A DNA stretch of 60,127 bases, counting the filler, from Basidiobolus ranarum (lineage: Eukaryota), in the NCBI GenBank assembly GCA_040143965.1. It is 6 parts of 6 records of this genome, joined end to end, with 100 filler letters (N's around TTAATTAATTAA, not from the genome) between each part and the next. Parts side by side here need not be neighbours in the genome. Positions count along the whole stretch, not along the records: positions 20,117 to 30,066 come from JASJQH010007638.1; positions 30,167 to 40,105 come from JASJQH010007639.1; positions 40,206 to 50,136 come from JASJQH010007640.1; 3 more parts are not named here. One strand, given 5' to 3'. The notes beneath the pieces are model-generated. The model was not told where the DNA came from, made no database searches, and was given only the letters and a program-made list of their open reading frames with translations. Shown here in pieces: positions 25,671 to 41,945 of the stretch. Every line of letters begins with the position of its first letter. Within the stretch, counting starts at the first letter, position 1. Made by a program: the position numbers and the translations under genes.

Positions 25671-27877
25671 ACGTAAAAGATTCCAATAGGGTCTCCCTGT
25701 TGAATATACAGAAGCAAATTGATGCGATTTTGTCCTTATTGGGCTCGCTTTCTTTTATTGAGCCATATAATGATGTATATGCTCTGTTGGATTGAGTATT
25801 CCAAGTTTCGTGTAGCTCAATCTGGCACTCTAGCATGATCAATTTTAATCAGTTCGAATCTACCTGAATAAGTCAAGGTCTGATAACCCCTGGCCTGATG
25901 GAACAAGTCCATCAGTATTGCTACTTATACAGCAAATATCATATTTCAACTTAACCGTTACTGTTGTCAATATACGATGAATTGAAAGTATATAGGATGG
26001 ATAACTAGAAGAATCATGAGATTCAAACTCGATTGTTCATTGTGCTGAAACAATAAGAAATACAGTGATATATGTGGTATTAAGAATCTTGGGGAAGAAG
26101 TTTGGGAGGTACTATGAAGTGTTTTGGACCAGTTTAAAAATCCTATCTTTTCTCAAGATTCCCTTGATATATCCGAAATAATGATGGGTAAAAAGTTTGG
26201 GTTGTAAGTATCTTGGATAAAATCTACTCTAAAATTTGGTTTTCCACAAGTTGGGAATCCAAGATGCACTTTGAGCTTGGTGACTTTCGTTTAGAAAATA
26301 CTTCAGAAACAAACCTTAAATATTCAAGATGGGAATAGTAAAGTGGCTGATACTAGTATCTCAACAAATAAGCATATCCACAAAGTAGGAACACGTTAGA
26401 AAACTTTGTATCCAAGTGCTTGATATTTCGTAACAATTAGCGTACATGCCTACTACATTATGTAAATATTTTGAAAGGTGCCCGTGCATTTTCAATTATC
26501 CACAATGATACCCAGTATATACTTATAGCCAGAGAGTAGGCTGAAGTGTAGTTATTGTCACTCAAACCAAAAATTCGCAATAATAGGATGAACTCAAGAT
26601 TTGTTAGCCTTGGATATGGATGAAACTACCTATTAAGAGGTTTCTGGATATACATCTTCCTCGAACTGGGAGAGTAAGGGTTTCCCCAGGTCTACATTCC
26701 TAAGATGTACTAATATTTCAAATTGGAAGTCACTCTATAAAATTCAGCTACTCGTGAAGTTCTTGACAACTATCTCTTTCATTCGTTATTGATAAAAACA
26801 ATTGATTCCCTTCACTCTTCGCCACTTTCTTTGGGGTTTGATACCGATGAATATACTCCTATATGATGTATTGGCAATAGAGTTGCAGGTACACATAACT
26901 TACTACACAACTATACAGCAATAGGAATAGCGAATTAGAGAATATAATTTGAGTCTGTTCTACCGCTATCTATTTGTTCAACATCTGTAACCTATCTTTA
27001 GTCATCCGAACAGAGAAATTATATACTACTAAAGGCTTACTAACAATTTGAATTTAGAAATTAGAAAGAGCCTTTCAAATGAGTTGGATTGATTCCTCAC
27101 CTGACCGTATACTTTTGGTACCACGCATTGCCACTGCTCTTGATTCTACACAGATGTCACAATATACGCTCGCTTTCAAATGATGGTCAGAGGTATCTGC
27201 TGATATTACTACATCATATATGAAGCAGAGACGTATCCCGAGCGAGCGGAAGAATCAATGTAAACTACGTTTACTTTAGTATTTCCGCAATGCGCTAGCA
27301 GGCATCTGTTGCTAAACTATACGTCGCCCCATTAATTTCATATTTGGACTTTCAAAATAAAATGTCGAGTTCTTACCAGAAATATATGGTTGAAATAGAG
27401 AGTGATGTCAATATATATTGGGGAAACACTCCACACGTACTCCTCTTTGGACAAAGATCATCAGCAGTAATTCGTCGCATATAATCTATAGTATGCCTGC
27501 AATCAGTATGAATAAAATACATTGTAGGAGTCGGTGTTGAATGGCATGGCAGCAGGAGGGTAGTAGTGAGGATTATCAAAAATTCTCTACGACCATCATG
27601 ATCTGTTATATTTCCTCCACTTTCCACCTTTCTCCAAATTACTGAATTATGGATTAACACCACTGCAGCAATGATGCCAACCTTAAGTGGATTGTTCTAT
27701 CCATCAGTAAATCAGTATCTTCTATTATCCATGTGCATCGCATATCCTCATTTACCATCGGAACTTATATGCTACCTGGAGGAACTCCGCTTAGTTTAAA
27801 TAGAGTAGGATCGTCGTATGAACAGAATCAATCAACATAGTCTTCAACTCGCTACTCATTTGATTCTTGCCAAAAAG

Positions 27878-28892
27878 ATGAGTTTACTTCCAGAGCCAGT
27901 CGTCACGCCAACAAAACAGCATAAGAATCTATCCACCCTGGCTACCTCGTATTTTGTATCCCCAAGAGGTCTGGCCGTTTTTCGTGCTTTGGCTTGTATC
28001 TATACAATTGTTGTATTTGTATGTAATGTGGTCAACTATCGAAGCACGTTGCTTCATTTTTTCACTCAATTCGCTTGTTTGGCTTACCTAGGATTAATTG
28101 TATATCTATTGGTAAGCATCATTTATTAGTTGTTGGTAGCATTTCGTGTAGACAGATTACTGATTACTGCGTTACTTTTGCATTTATTGTAGATGTCCTT
28201 GTGTTTGTCATACACATATCTAAAGAACCCCAGCGACGAGCTTGAAAACTCTATCTTGAGGAGATATCCAAGTCTTCGCCTTACTCACTCTCTACTATAC
28301 ATCACAACGCAAGTCTTCCATACCGTCATCCCTGTAATATATTGGACAGCAGTCATGCGTATTGGATTTGAGTACAGAGGCAGCTACCAATTCTGGTTGA
28401 GCTTATCACTTCATGGCGGAAGCCTCATCCTTACGCTTGTCGAACTATGCCTTAACAAAATAGAGATTAGCTGGATTCAACTTCCGTTCTTACTTTTCGT
28501 AGTAGTGCTATACTTTGGCTTAACTTGGATTTACTATACATAGTAAGTAGGATATTTACCCTGATTAGTTTATATTATTCATGTATTGACTATTTTTCAG
28601 CATTGGCCACTCTATGTATGCAATAATTACCGGACAAAACACCTTAAGTGCTCTTATTGTACGATATATGCTAATGCTAGGGATATTTGTCATAATGTTT
28701 ATTGTCATTTACTACCTGCACAAGGTACGGACTAACTTTGGCAAGAATCTGGAAAAAACTGATGAGCAACCTGAAGAAACGATCACTGAAGAAATCTTTG
28801 CGGAACCTAAGCCAACATCATGGAACAACCATTCAGTAATCCCTCCATCTAGTCAAGCACAAACGTTCAGCCATATCTTGACCTTCTTTTAA
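27878..28892 (+). CDS. Multi-pass membrane protein (fungal FAR-17a/AIG1- or rolling-stone-like), 3 exons
   Basis: Introns 28112-28192 and ~28543-28600 (GTAAGC/GTAAGT...AG) join three hydrophobic ORFs. Motifs TSYFVSPRGLAVFR, HFFTQF, VIPVIYW and SLHG. The family call is tentative. Confidence 0.8.
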
Positions 28893-30066
28893 AGTCAGTC
28901 GCACCTCAGTAATTTCATATCCAGCCAAGCATTCATACCCACACGTTATACCCAGAATTCTTCCAAATAAGTGCAGAAGCATTCAGCTTGACCTGTTTAA
29001 TTATTAGATTCGTAAGGCCTTATATTATACTTAAACCCAAGAGTGTTCTTATATTTCTTATTCAGAAATTTATTATTATGCGACCTTATTTTCATTTATT
29101 TCATTAACTCCCTTTAGACTATTGTTACCTCCATCTCTTTCGAGATAGAGAACACTTCATTTATCAATTATTAAACTTGTCTTCTTTCAAATTCTCAGAA
29201 CACCAACTTTAATATTAGGCAAGCACTTGGGGCCTGCATAGGTTATATTCAATGACAAAGAACTAAATAGGTGGTTGGTGGACAACAGTATAAAACTAGT
29301 TCAATAGATTTTTTTACGCACAAGAAGATTCAAACAGTATCCTTTTTTCAATCCAATTTCAACTCCAAATTTATATAACGTTAGAAAACCTCTATTCTAA
29401 GAACACATAATAGTACCGATAAAAACCCTCTAGCAATTACGAGATTACTCTCTAGAATCTGCTTACTCTAAATTGACTTCATTGCAACTAATTCCATTGC
29501 CAGTCTTTCTCACCAGCCCCTATAGTGAGTTCACATTAATATACTAACACACTGCAGTAATTTGATCTATTGTGCCAATTTGCCGAAGCAGAAGAAATAA
29601 ACTGTATCGGTGAGCCCTCTTCATAAATTAAATTATGTTTAATCAGTATTCCCTACATTTTTGTGACAATTTTATGTTCCTCTCGATAAAGCCTCACTTT
29701 CAAACTTCCTATATCCCTATGGTAATACATCTGAATATTTGCTTTTACTTATCTACTTTATTAAAGGACACTCATTGGGCCTAAATTAAACCTAAAATAA
29801 TTAGAATATCCAAATAATTTTTGAGCGAGACTTCAAACCAATCAGAATATATATATTGACTATAGTGAAGAGAATTTAAGAATTGATTTTTCTTGGTGAT
29901 TTACCAAGTAAACTCGTCCGAAATGTTTCGAGTCTTTAGCAGGACGCGTATGTATGGGTGTGGGCACCGGCGCACTCCTTGTAGGAGAAAACGATATTTT
30001 TAGCAATTTTTCGAGGATTATTCAAGAACGTGCTTTATGAACTCGAAATATTTTTAGACTGTTGGA

Positions 30067-30166
30067 NNNNNNNNNNNNNNNNNNNNNNNNNNNNNNNNNN
30101 NNNNNNNNNNTTAATTAATTAANNNNNNNNNNNNNNNNNNNNNNNNNNNNNNNNNNNNNNNNNNNN
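30067..30166. other. Artificial contig linker
   Basis: N44-TTAATTAATTAA-N44. Confidence 0.97.
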
Positions 30167-31568
30167 AAAGAAAACGCATCCATGGGTAGTGCCTCCTGTT
30201 TACATATGTGTTTTTGTCCACATCAGCTAAAGCCGGCAACGGCTCGGCTCCAAGCACTACTGAACCAGAGATCATGCCAAAAGACTCCCCAAATGACGTG
30301 GATATAATACTTCACACTATTGTTGGCAGATAGATCGTTTCCTGACATGGATATTCGGGAATTTCCCGAGGTGATATACATATGTATATATATATATACC
30401 CAAACAGTGTGTAAAACCAATGTATCAGATGGATTCAGCTTGTGGTTTTCCCAACGTCTATATTTATATGGAGCTTGTACTAGTTTATAATCTTACAATA
30501 TCTTTTGCCTCCCTATACAGTCCGTGGTAGTCTCATTCCCAGTGTAAATCATTATGACTTGCGTATTGTAACAATTTTATTCTTTGAGACTGTCAACTTT
30601 CTGGCCTTCTTATTACATAATCTTTTTCTCCCAATAGTCTTGATTCTACTAACCACTCGTAAGCTGATTTGTATCACTTGGATGCTGGTATACCATTTGG
30701 CATTTCATTCTTCCAGTGTGCCCTTATTCGTATTTTGACGATTTCTCTAGGGTGAGGCGTGGAAAGCGTGGAAAGTGTCAGGTGAAATTATAAAGGCATA
30801 TCACGAAAAGAGCGATGGATTATTCGATAACTTAACGTTGGTGAAGTGATTGCTCTAGACGTATTTCGCGTCATATGAAGCAGGTTATTTGAATCACACA
30901 TTAACCGTACATAAAGTATCTCATCCAAGACGAGTTCGTGCATATTCATACGATGAATTTTAAAATAGGATCTCAGAGATGCTATTTTTTTGAAAATTCT
31001 GCAACAAAGGAAGCAATCACCTCTCGGTACTCCAATGAAGTAAATAGCTCCTCACATAGTGAACATACCAAACCGAATATTCTTGTAGCTTCCAATTAGG
31101 CTATTCAATCTAATCACTTTGAGTGATTGATCACTGAGATTACCAGATGTTGATGATTTCCTCGATCAGACTTCAACATTGCCTTCATAGATCATGTCCC
31201 CCGAAACAGCAAAGAAAACAGGAGAATCCACATGAAGAGCAATCTATCTCATCCTCATCGGTATCCGTAGGCCTCTTCTACACTGACACACATGCTTATG
31301 TCAGTGAGTTTATTCTATCCTTTCAACATAGTGTGTATTCAAATTGCCTGCTCCTGGATTAAAAGAGTTTACAAAACCAATGATTATCAAAAGATGAGGT
31401 GATTTTATTGATATAGTTCATAAGCTTCGGATGATACATCAACATTGAAAAATGAAATATGACCAATATGAAGTATAGACATGTGAGGTTTGTGATGAAA
31501 TTTAAATAAATGAATGATGCTCATCCGAAATATTCTTCAGAGCCAACAGCAATGGGAGGATCAAGAAA

Positions 31569-33427
<1,859 letters not shown>

Positions 33428-36400
33428 GATATAAGTAAGTAATGAACTGAGGTAATTGACTATCGGCCAATGCGGGGTATGTACTTATATATAAACCCAC
33501 CGTCGCCCGTATCTCGCAAGAATTCCCATATTTCTATACCTGATACATGGTTCATAAACCAGTAGTTTCAACATACACCTTGTCGTAGATTTGGGATTTT
33601 GGACAGATCATATCGACCCAAAAAGGAAGCGTATTATAAATTACGTATGTTTTTCATCGATTGCTACTGGATACCCCGAAATGGATATTTCATATGAAAG
33701 CATGCGAGACATCCTTCCTAGACTTGGACGGAAGATTTGATTACTTGGGTTGCGGTTTAGACGGTAAGACGCTTATAATTCATTAGCCTTCAAACGCCAT
33801 TCCTCTCTTAGAGAGATTGACCTGGCAGCTTGACAACGAAGATGTCCTGTTCTCGAACCCATTCTCACCCTCATCCTTGCCTTCTATCTACATATCTACC
33901 TACCCATACATTCGCAAACTGTAGAAGGATCAATAACGCCTTTCACGAATGGTTATAGCTAAATATAGTAAAGACCGAAGGTCAACACAAATATAAATCA
34001 GCTACTTGAGCCACCAAAATCGCCTCTGTATTTTACGTTATTTACCTGAGACAGATATCCATCACGTCATTAAGATACCCCATATGGTCTTGACGAATAT
34101 TGACTTTTATGGAGAACTATTAAGCATAGCGTTGTTTGGTTTGCCAGGAGTACCACTAACAATATCAGAGTACATGTGATATCAACGGATAACTCCAACA
34201 ATGTCTACAGCAATTACAGTTCTAGCTAATTTCCTTGTGCTCGCTCTAGACAAAGGCTTCTAGGTGGACAGATCGGGGTATTCAATTAGTGACACTTGAA
34301 AGAGAGGAGAAACGGTAAGAGGCTTCACTGGCTCTCCCAATGAAAATCGTTTTTATCAATATAAATATGTCGATGGATTAATATCTATTTTTCGAATGAA
34401 TAGAGTGAACACGTCCATATGGCTGAATCAGCCGCGATACCGAGCCGAGTATTATACGGCATATTAATGGTATACTACAAAGATGCCCTCATGTGACTGT
34501 AGAATGTTGGGTCAGGGATAGCAGCTCTTATTCCGTGGGATATTAACCAATGCTAACCTGAAATAGGTAAATATATAACATGAAGTGCTCTAAGTAGACT
34601 TCCAAAATCCATTCGAGCTCGCTGATTATACAAGTTTAAATGAACGCAGCTTTTATGAGTGTTATGTCTTATACATTGCCAACCGAAAACAGATGGCAGA
34701 CCTGTTGTCCAGATCGTCATTTGTGTAGCCGACCTCTGGATGATTTACCCCACCCTGACTGTTTCCTTATTGGTCTACAAACATTGAATAAATTTAGAAG
34801 ATACTGGGGATTCTATTCTCTAAATCGATGTTGCTATTTAATATTGGCCACTAAAGGCTTCTGCGTTGGAGTCTTATTGAGAACAGGAATTTCAAGTAGG
34901 ACAAGAGGTTCCCTTGATTTTCAATGCGAATACAGTGCATGGAAATGCGGCCTATCGATTTTATGTGTTCTAGACATTATTCGAGGTTAAGTGGTGATGG
35001 TTAGATCGTAAAAAACATACCACTTGGGATATCTCCCTACCTAGATATGTCTCCGACTTGGCTCATGACTCAACCATTGTCCACCTTGGTTCATTGCAAT
35101 TGTCATCATAAAGCCTTAGTGAACCGCCTGTTCTTGCTTCTACAATGTAAGCTTACATAGTAGATCGTACCAGATCAAGTGATATGTTTAGGAATACCTC
35201 AATCAATAGGAAAGTACATAAATCTTTATGATAACTGGGTAGCAGGATTTTGAAGGTTCTCGAACATCATGTGCTCAATAGTGATTGATTCCAAATTATT
35301 GCCTATAATCCTCAAGTAGAATTCGGCCTTTGGCCTGAACGTACTGTTAAGATTCTATTTTCAGAGAAACATGATGATGAACGTTTTAAATGACTAGCCA
35401 GGTAGGTCAGTATTTGTTATGTGTTGAGTAAATTATAAGCAAATAGGATCTGAGAAGAGAGATATGAATAGAGTCTCTAACAGGGCCTCAGAAATCATGA
35501 TTAACTGTCCATATATTTCATTATATATACCACATATGTCTTTTTCCAACGTTCCCATAAGTGGAACCCACACCATGGTCAACTCTGGACTTGTCTCTAT
35601 GCTAATGGCTGAGATAAATTTCGAATAAACTTTTTTGTCCTTCTTCCTGGGTATAGCCTCGATCGTTAAAAACACAACCTGAAATGTGAGATATGCAATT
35701 AGCTTTAGTCAAGTGATCGCCTACACGGCGTATCTGAATACGTTCATTTCCATCGAGGTTTCAAGCTTTCTCTTTATATTCCTTCCAATAGTTCGAAAGA
35801 AAATGTCCACTAACTCAACAGAAGTTTTTGACTCGTATCAAATAGTGATTGGTAAATCACATTGACCAGGCTACCTTGAAGCAGAGAGTATTAATTTTCA
35901 ATGACCGCAACAATTATACCTGAGTTTAACGAGAAAAGATTAGGCCGCATGTGTTACGGATTTCTGTATACCAAAGAGTATGTGCATTTTCTTGGTCTAT
36001 ATTTCTATATGGATTTTTGAACTAGTGGACTTTCTTATGTAGCCCATATTTCTCTAAAGTTTTTATGGAAGACTTTCCTCTTCCCATCTGATAAACCGTT
36101 AAGTACCAATAGCTTAACGGCTTCCCTCCAAAATAACTTTACTAAACGTTTACGCATCAATGCTTTAACTGATATTGAAACTGAATTGAGGTCAAAAAAT
36201 CAACGCTATACAACTACATGATTGTCTCAATGGTCTGATGTAAAATGGGACAAGCTTATTAGGGTCGCCAAAACAAATGTATCTATTATGTGAGGTTGCT
36301 TAATAAATCAAATATTGAATGTATAGTGCAAATCGTTAAAATTTGCTACTTATGGTATTCATCATTGGTGGTGTTTATATAACATGATTATTACATGGAA

Positions 36401-38160
36401 AAAAATGCCGCTAGGATGGTTAAGCCTGTAGTTGGCAACCTTAGTTCCTTAACTTTCATGGGAGGACTAATAATTGCCGAGGTTATGACTACAGATAAAT
36501 AAGTCAAGCAAAAATGTAATGCAGTAATTGATGTGCATAAACCCAGGAGTAAGTCCACTGGATAAGTTCAAATGGATCAAAAGATAATCTGCAAATGTGA
36601 TGGGTTTTTTGGATTTAGATCTAACCTTCCAACCTAACTTGCAGAAACTTCTTTAAGCTCAAACTTCATCTACATCAATGATTTTTTTTAGTTTAATACA
36701 TGATAAATACTTTTCAGTAAGTGACAGTGGAAGTAGAAATCTCAAGAGAAGGGAAGAAACACAGAGGTCAGTAAGAAGACTTAGTGAGCCATAGAATTCT
36801 TTCAATCTAAATATCTTAAGAAAAGTTATTGTGCCTTCTACTCCCCCTACCTGACAACCATACTTCAATAGCCTTGTGAGAGCTGTAAAACATTTTTTGA
36901 AACAAAGTCGTTTATTCATATGCTATAGGAAATAGAATGTGTCTAAAATCACTAACTCTCAATTAAGTGTGAGAATTGAGAATACGTATTTGCATTATCT
37001 ACAAGTGATGAAGAAGTCTTACAAGTGGCGAGCTTGCTGTTACTACACATTACTAGTACAATATGGCGTAGCATTTTAGCACGATATTGAGTCTAATTTC
37101 TCATCATTTATCAACCGCAAGATTTTCAATATCATAAACCCTGAACACTGCCAAAACTCCAAATCAAGCTACGCCAACTATTGTGTATATTATATAGAAT
37201 ATTGCCACTTAGCAACCCCAACCTAACCCAACATATACATTTTCCTTGGCTATTGTAAACTTGCTACTTTTTGTGATCCTGTTCAAAGCTTGATGAATAT
37301 GAGCGTAAATTTCTCAACACTTTAAATCAGCCTGCGACCATATCTTACTCGCTCAAAGTGATTTCCAAGAAAAGTCACCATTCAGTTGGTCCCAATATGG
37401 AAAACATCGGCTTCCAACTATTGCAATTATACCAAAGAGGCAACGCCACATTGCTGCCAGATGTCTGTAGCTCTCGGAACCATGGTTTTTAGCATTTTTC
37501 ATATATGGAAAGAATCGTCAGCTCTAGTTATCCATCGGCTACCATCGATTACTTAAGCTCATACTGCTGATAATTAAGTTCATTGCCATATATCTGAATC
37601 TAGACATCAATACCAAGAAATAACAAAATGGAATTGTAATTCATTTCGCCACAATGTCATGTGAGATTCGTTGAACCTAAATCCACAGAAAGTAGCCTCT
37701 TGCATCTATAAATATCGTAGCAACACTTGCATAGGATGAATTTGTATTGTTACACTGTTTTACGCCGTACTTCATTTTAGGGTAATGCGCGCTAAGCTCA
37801 AATTCATACTCAAGGTATGATGGATTTCAGAAATAGAGTTGAAACTACGCTAATGATCGTGTATATTCCACTCATAATGTATACAAAAGAATTGTGCAAA
37901 TAATTCGCCTTGAATTTAAGTTATGAACGCTCTCACTTTCGTTATTTATTTATCAAGAAATCATGAACATACGTTACTGCGCAAGAAGCTGACAGATTTA
38001 TGCAAGTACCGAATGCCACACGATTTTCTGAATATTCTCACTAGTGCGAATCTATCTTCTAAAGAATAATTAAAAGTTGACTACATATTGGTTCACGATA
38101 TGATATATCAAATAATCAACTGCGAGAATGTTTATTTGTTGCTAGTTTGATGGCTTATAC

Positions 38161-38685
38161 CTACTTCATTGGTTATTTAATACTTTTGCTACAAGAGTAC
38201 TTACCTTTAAAATCGTCGGGAACATAAGTATCTCTACCTTGAACATGGAAATAGGCCCAAATTTCGTTAATAGAACCGGATTTGCATTTGAAATAAGGTG
38301 TAATTCCCAGAGCACTTTTGATAGCATCGGCCATAGAGGCTTGGGTATACGTACCACCAGGCACAACGCCAGTACTAGCTAGAGCACCGTATATATCATA
38401 CTTTGAGTGGAGGCTTAGAACACTTCGAAAGTAGTCAGTCATATCTTCATATTTCTGGTAATCAGGGCCGTAACATGTAGGACTTAGTAGAGACGCAAGT
38501 TCCATGCTTGCCCCATTCATGTGCCCTGTATTGGTGGTACTATTTGTTAAATAAAACGAACCAATTACTGATCCAGTATAATGAAATGGTGGGGGACTAA
38601 CCAGAAAGCACCATTGTCACCTTTGAATGATGGCCAATATGTATTCATTTGTTCGTAAAGACTGCTGTTAGAATTTTGAGAATTT
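38161..38685 (-). pseudogene. Ribonuclease T2 pseudogene (5' part missing, frameshift, premature stop)
   Basis: Reads LYEQMNTYWPSFKGDNGAFW|AHEWGKHGTCVST (CAS II), then a 2-nt shift to LSPTCYG...C..GSINEIW. The end IK*PMK* suggests Tyr->TAA. No CAS I (HGLWP) is found upstream. Confidence 0.82.
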
Positions 38686-40105
38686 TATACTTTTGGGCAG
38701 CTAGGAGAGACACTTTGGGATAATAAAAATTAGATTCGTACTGGTTTCTTTTATAGCTTTTGACCAGTTGTCTGTAGCTCTTGTTCACAAAGATGAATCC
38801 TCAACATGTTTGATGCTAACTAATCAATTTTCTCATTTAAGAATGTGTGAATTTCATCGAATGTAGAAAAGAAAACCAGTATTATAGATAGTTATGGTAA
38901 ATCGGTGGCAACATTCATACCAAGACTATAGTAAACAATGAGTTCGACTTATTAATTCTGTATTTGACTAGAGTGTGTTGGCTAAGAATCTCTGCGCGAA
39001 CAATGACAGAGAAAAAGTTGACTGGTGTCTCAAGTTCTCAAACACAGCTGGTCAATTTTGGGCTGGTAGTAAGGATTCTTCGATCTCCGGCTTGGGATCT
39101 TGTTTTTTGAATAGAGCTTCATTTTGTAGTATTAACGGAAATTTCAGGAATCGATTTGTCCGAGTATCTTGGTAGTGGTAATGGTAGGGTAACCACAGTA
39201 TACCCATTGAAATAGATTTCTATTAGATCATCGATGATGCGGTATCCTTCACCATAATGTACACGGTTGGCGTTGGGTTCAGAGAGAAATACTGGAGCGC
39301 TGACAATGACCTAGCAGAGGTGTGAAGTTTGTACATTTATGCAAGTTTCTTTTTCAAATTGGAATTCAAAACCAGCAATTGCTAAGATAGGTTAGGGTTG
39401 GGATTGGCTACCTTGAACTCCTAGTGTTTCAATTCATGCAAATTGATACCCAAACTAGTCATAGAACATTAACAAATGAGTAGTGTTGTGCTGTGTGAAT
39501 CAATCCAAACTCGACTGTACACTTGAACCGTTGTACTACCAAGTAACCATCGACATTAGCACCTTAGAGGCCCTCGGTCTACTGTGGCATCTCTAATTTC
39601 TGTCAGCTTCGACTGATGGGGTACAAAGAAGTAACCAACTAATTATGGTATGGTTGCTCATCTTGCCTGTCTAGCCTCTTACTCTTAGGAAATAGGCACA
39701 ATTTGAAATCTGTTACTTGATATATAACCGATAACTATGAATTATGGGATAAATGATTCAAGATCTTGAGATGTATAGAAGAAGGATTTGAGAAATGGAA
39801 GTATTGTGAGTTCGAGAAACATTTTTTGATCTTCATCAATTACTTTCTAAAGTTATATAGTCTGAGTAGCACTCTCAACAGAGCCGCTATGATATGAAAC
39901 CCACTTTACAATATCGTGCAATTGTCTAGGAATAGCAAGCAGCTAACAATGGAATTAAAAAAATAATCTGTGTTCCCTACAAATTATGCCAATTAGTGGC
40001 AACATATATATTTTGCACAGGAATAGAAGTCTCATAATTAGAGTCATTATTTCCTGGAATAATTCATTTAAGGATTCCAGAACTAGCCATCGTTAAAGCC
40101 TTTAT

Positions 40106-40205
40106 NNNNNNNNNNNNNNNNNNNNNNNNNNNNNNNNNNNNNNNNNNNNTTAATTAATTAANNNNNNNNNNNNNNNNNNNNNNNNNNNNNNNNNNNNNNN
40201 NNNNN
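40106..40205. other. Artificial contig linker
   Basis: N44-TTAATTAATTAA-N44. Confidence 0.97.
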
Positions 40206-41363
40206 ATTCTAAATAACCTTTTTACCTATTGCATAGCCATAAACAACAACTTGGGTTAGGTGAGTTGTGACCCAAAATAGTCAGTTGATTGACAAACCCC
40301 TTACCCAACAGAGCTACTTTAAGGAGGTTCCTTTAGACAGATTAATTGATGGATACCGAACACTTACCCAGGCTGACCTTTCAAGGAATAGAAATCTGAA
40401 TCATCCTAACACACCCGCTGGGTTTTTAGTGGAGAATAAGTTCGCCCTTATCGCTGTTCAGGTAATTATTCATTTGTTCGAGAAGTCAAACTGGAGATCT
40501 AGTATCGCAATCAGAAATGGGGCCATTCTATATCGATGTCTGTCAATGATAAATATTGCACTCGGCATGGTAGAAGTGATAGAACTCCACTGTCCTCGCA
40601 ATACCATAGGTATCCGGAGAAACCAGGAATCTGGGAGACATGCCTACATCTAGGAGTGCAATTATCAGGCTAAATGATTACTAGAAATATCGAGGAATTT
40701 CTAAAGAATCGCTTGTCTCAGCCTATTAGATGAGAAAATATTTTTTGCTGCGTGCATCGAATTACCGACAGGACCAAGTATGGCTACTGATTAGGCAGCG
40801 TAGATTATCGCCAATGAACTAAAAAGGGTAAAGAATCAACCATCGTCTATTATATACTCATCTTCCTGTAAATGATAGATTTTCCAAAAAAAAGGCCGTC
40901 AAATTTGCGATAATATAATCTTCATCGTAATTCTGGCATGTTGCCGGTTACCAATCCCAATTCCTTGATTCACCGATATAGTAGCCTGTGCGCAGATATT
41001 CTACCAATAGCTTTGAAGTTAGTTCGCGAGAGTTCTGTAGCTCACTTATTATCCAGTCTTTCAAATTGATTTTCTCTCTTTTTAATGACCTGTGGTTGTA
41101 ATATAGGCCATACATGGTCTACCAGATTCAATTCATAAAAAATTACTAACGGTCCATTAAGTATTTAACTCTTATTCTGGATATTGGAATAATTGATATT
41201 TGTATTAGCTTTTCATTTGCGAAATTTTACTTTTCGCCAGTAACTTCACTCCTTCCAACTTAGTCGTAACTTTCCTTCTCTCTTTTTTTATTAGTGGAGC
41301 ACCTTCTTTTTGAGAACGAGTATATCATATCAGTCTTGTTTGCATCGAAGTATAGTTATTCAG

Positions 41364-41840
41364 ATGAATACTCAAACTGCCATGAAGAGATCCAATAATT
41401 TTGGTTCTCAAGCCAAGAAATCTGTCAATTTAAATATATCGCGTCCTCCCTCTCATATCACCGCACTTCTTTCAGAGCAGCAGGAGGGTAAAGTCTATTA
41501 TATTCCTCGCGGGTATCGCCCCTTATTGGTTAGTGAAGAGAAGCTTGCGGAATTCAAAAAGCAGGGCATTAACTCGACACCCATAACTGCATACTTACCT
41601 TCTGAACGTCGCAATCAAGTGCCGAATGTGCCTGCACCAATCAAGAGTTATAAGCAAGCACCTGTGACAGTTCCATCTGCAGACCTGGAACTGGAAGGCA
41701 TGCAGCAGGCATATTCGAACTTTTATACTGCCAAGATGGAGGAATTGGCTAAATGTAACATTTATGGCGAAGATGCTTCACGTATTATTATGAGCATCTG
41801 GCAGAAGATTGACAATGAAGAAAGAGCGTTATTCCGATAA
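41364..41840 (+). CDS. Divergent HMG-box-like protein, possibly truncated by a premature TAA
   Basis: C-terminal AYSNFYTAKMEELAKCNIYGEDASRIIMSIWQKIDNEERALFR fits the HMG pattern (AY..F / ..S+.+...W..+..EE+..F/Y). It shares an N-terminal motif with the 44145-44957 HMG protein. The frame continues *IAVLP.. to 41900. Confidence 0.6.
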   Translation: MNTQTAMKRSNNFGSQAKKSVNLNISRPPSHITALLSEQQEGKVYYIPRGYRPLLVSEEKLAEFKKQGINSTPITAYLPSERRNQVPNVPAPIKSYKQAPVTVPSADLELEGMQQAYSNFYTAKMEELAKCNIYGEDASRIIMSIWQKIDNEERALFR

Positions 41841-41945
41841 ATAGCCGTGCTTCCCATGAACGCAGCTTCAAGTTTGCAGCAAGTGCTTCATTCCAACTAG
41901 AAGTTACCACGTCGCTTATATGCTTTTTATATCACTTGCGGTTTA

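Noticed and set aside
38960-39340. Stop-interrupted minus-strand frame upstream of the RNase T2 relic
   Set aside because: Lacks the RNase T2 CAS I motif and matches nothing recognisable.
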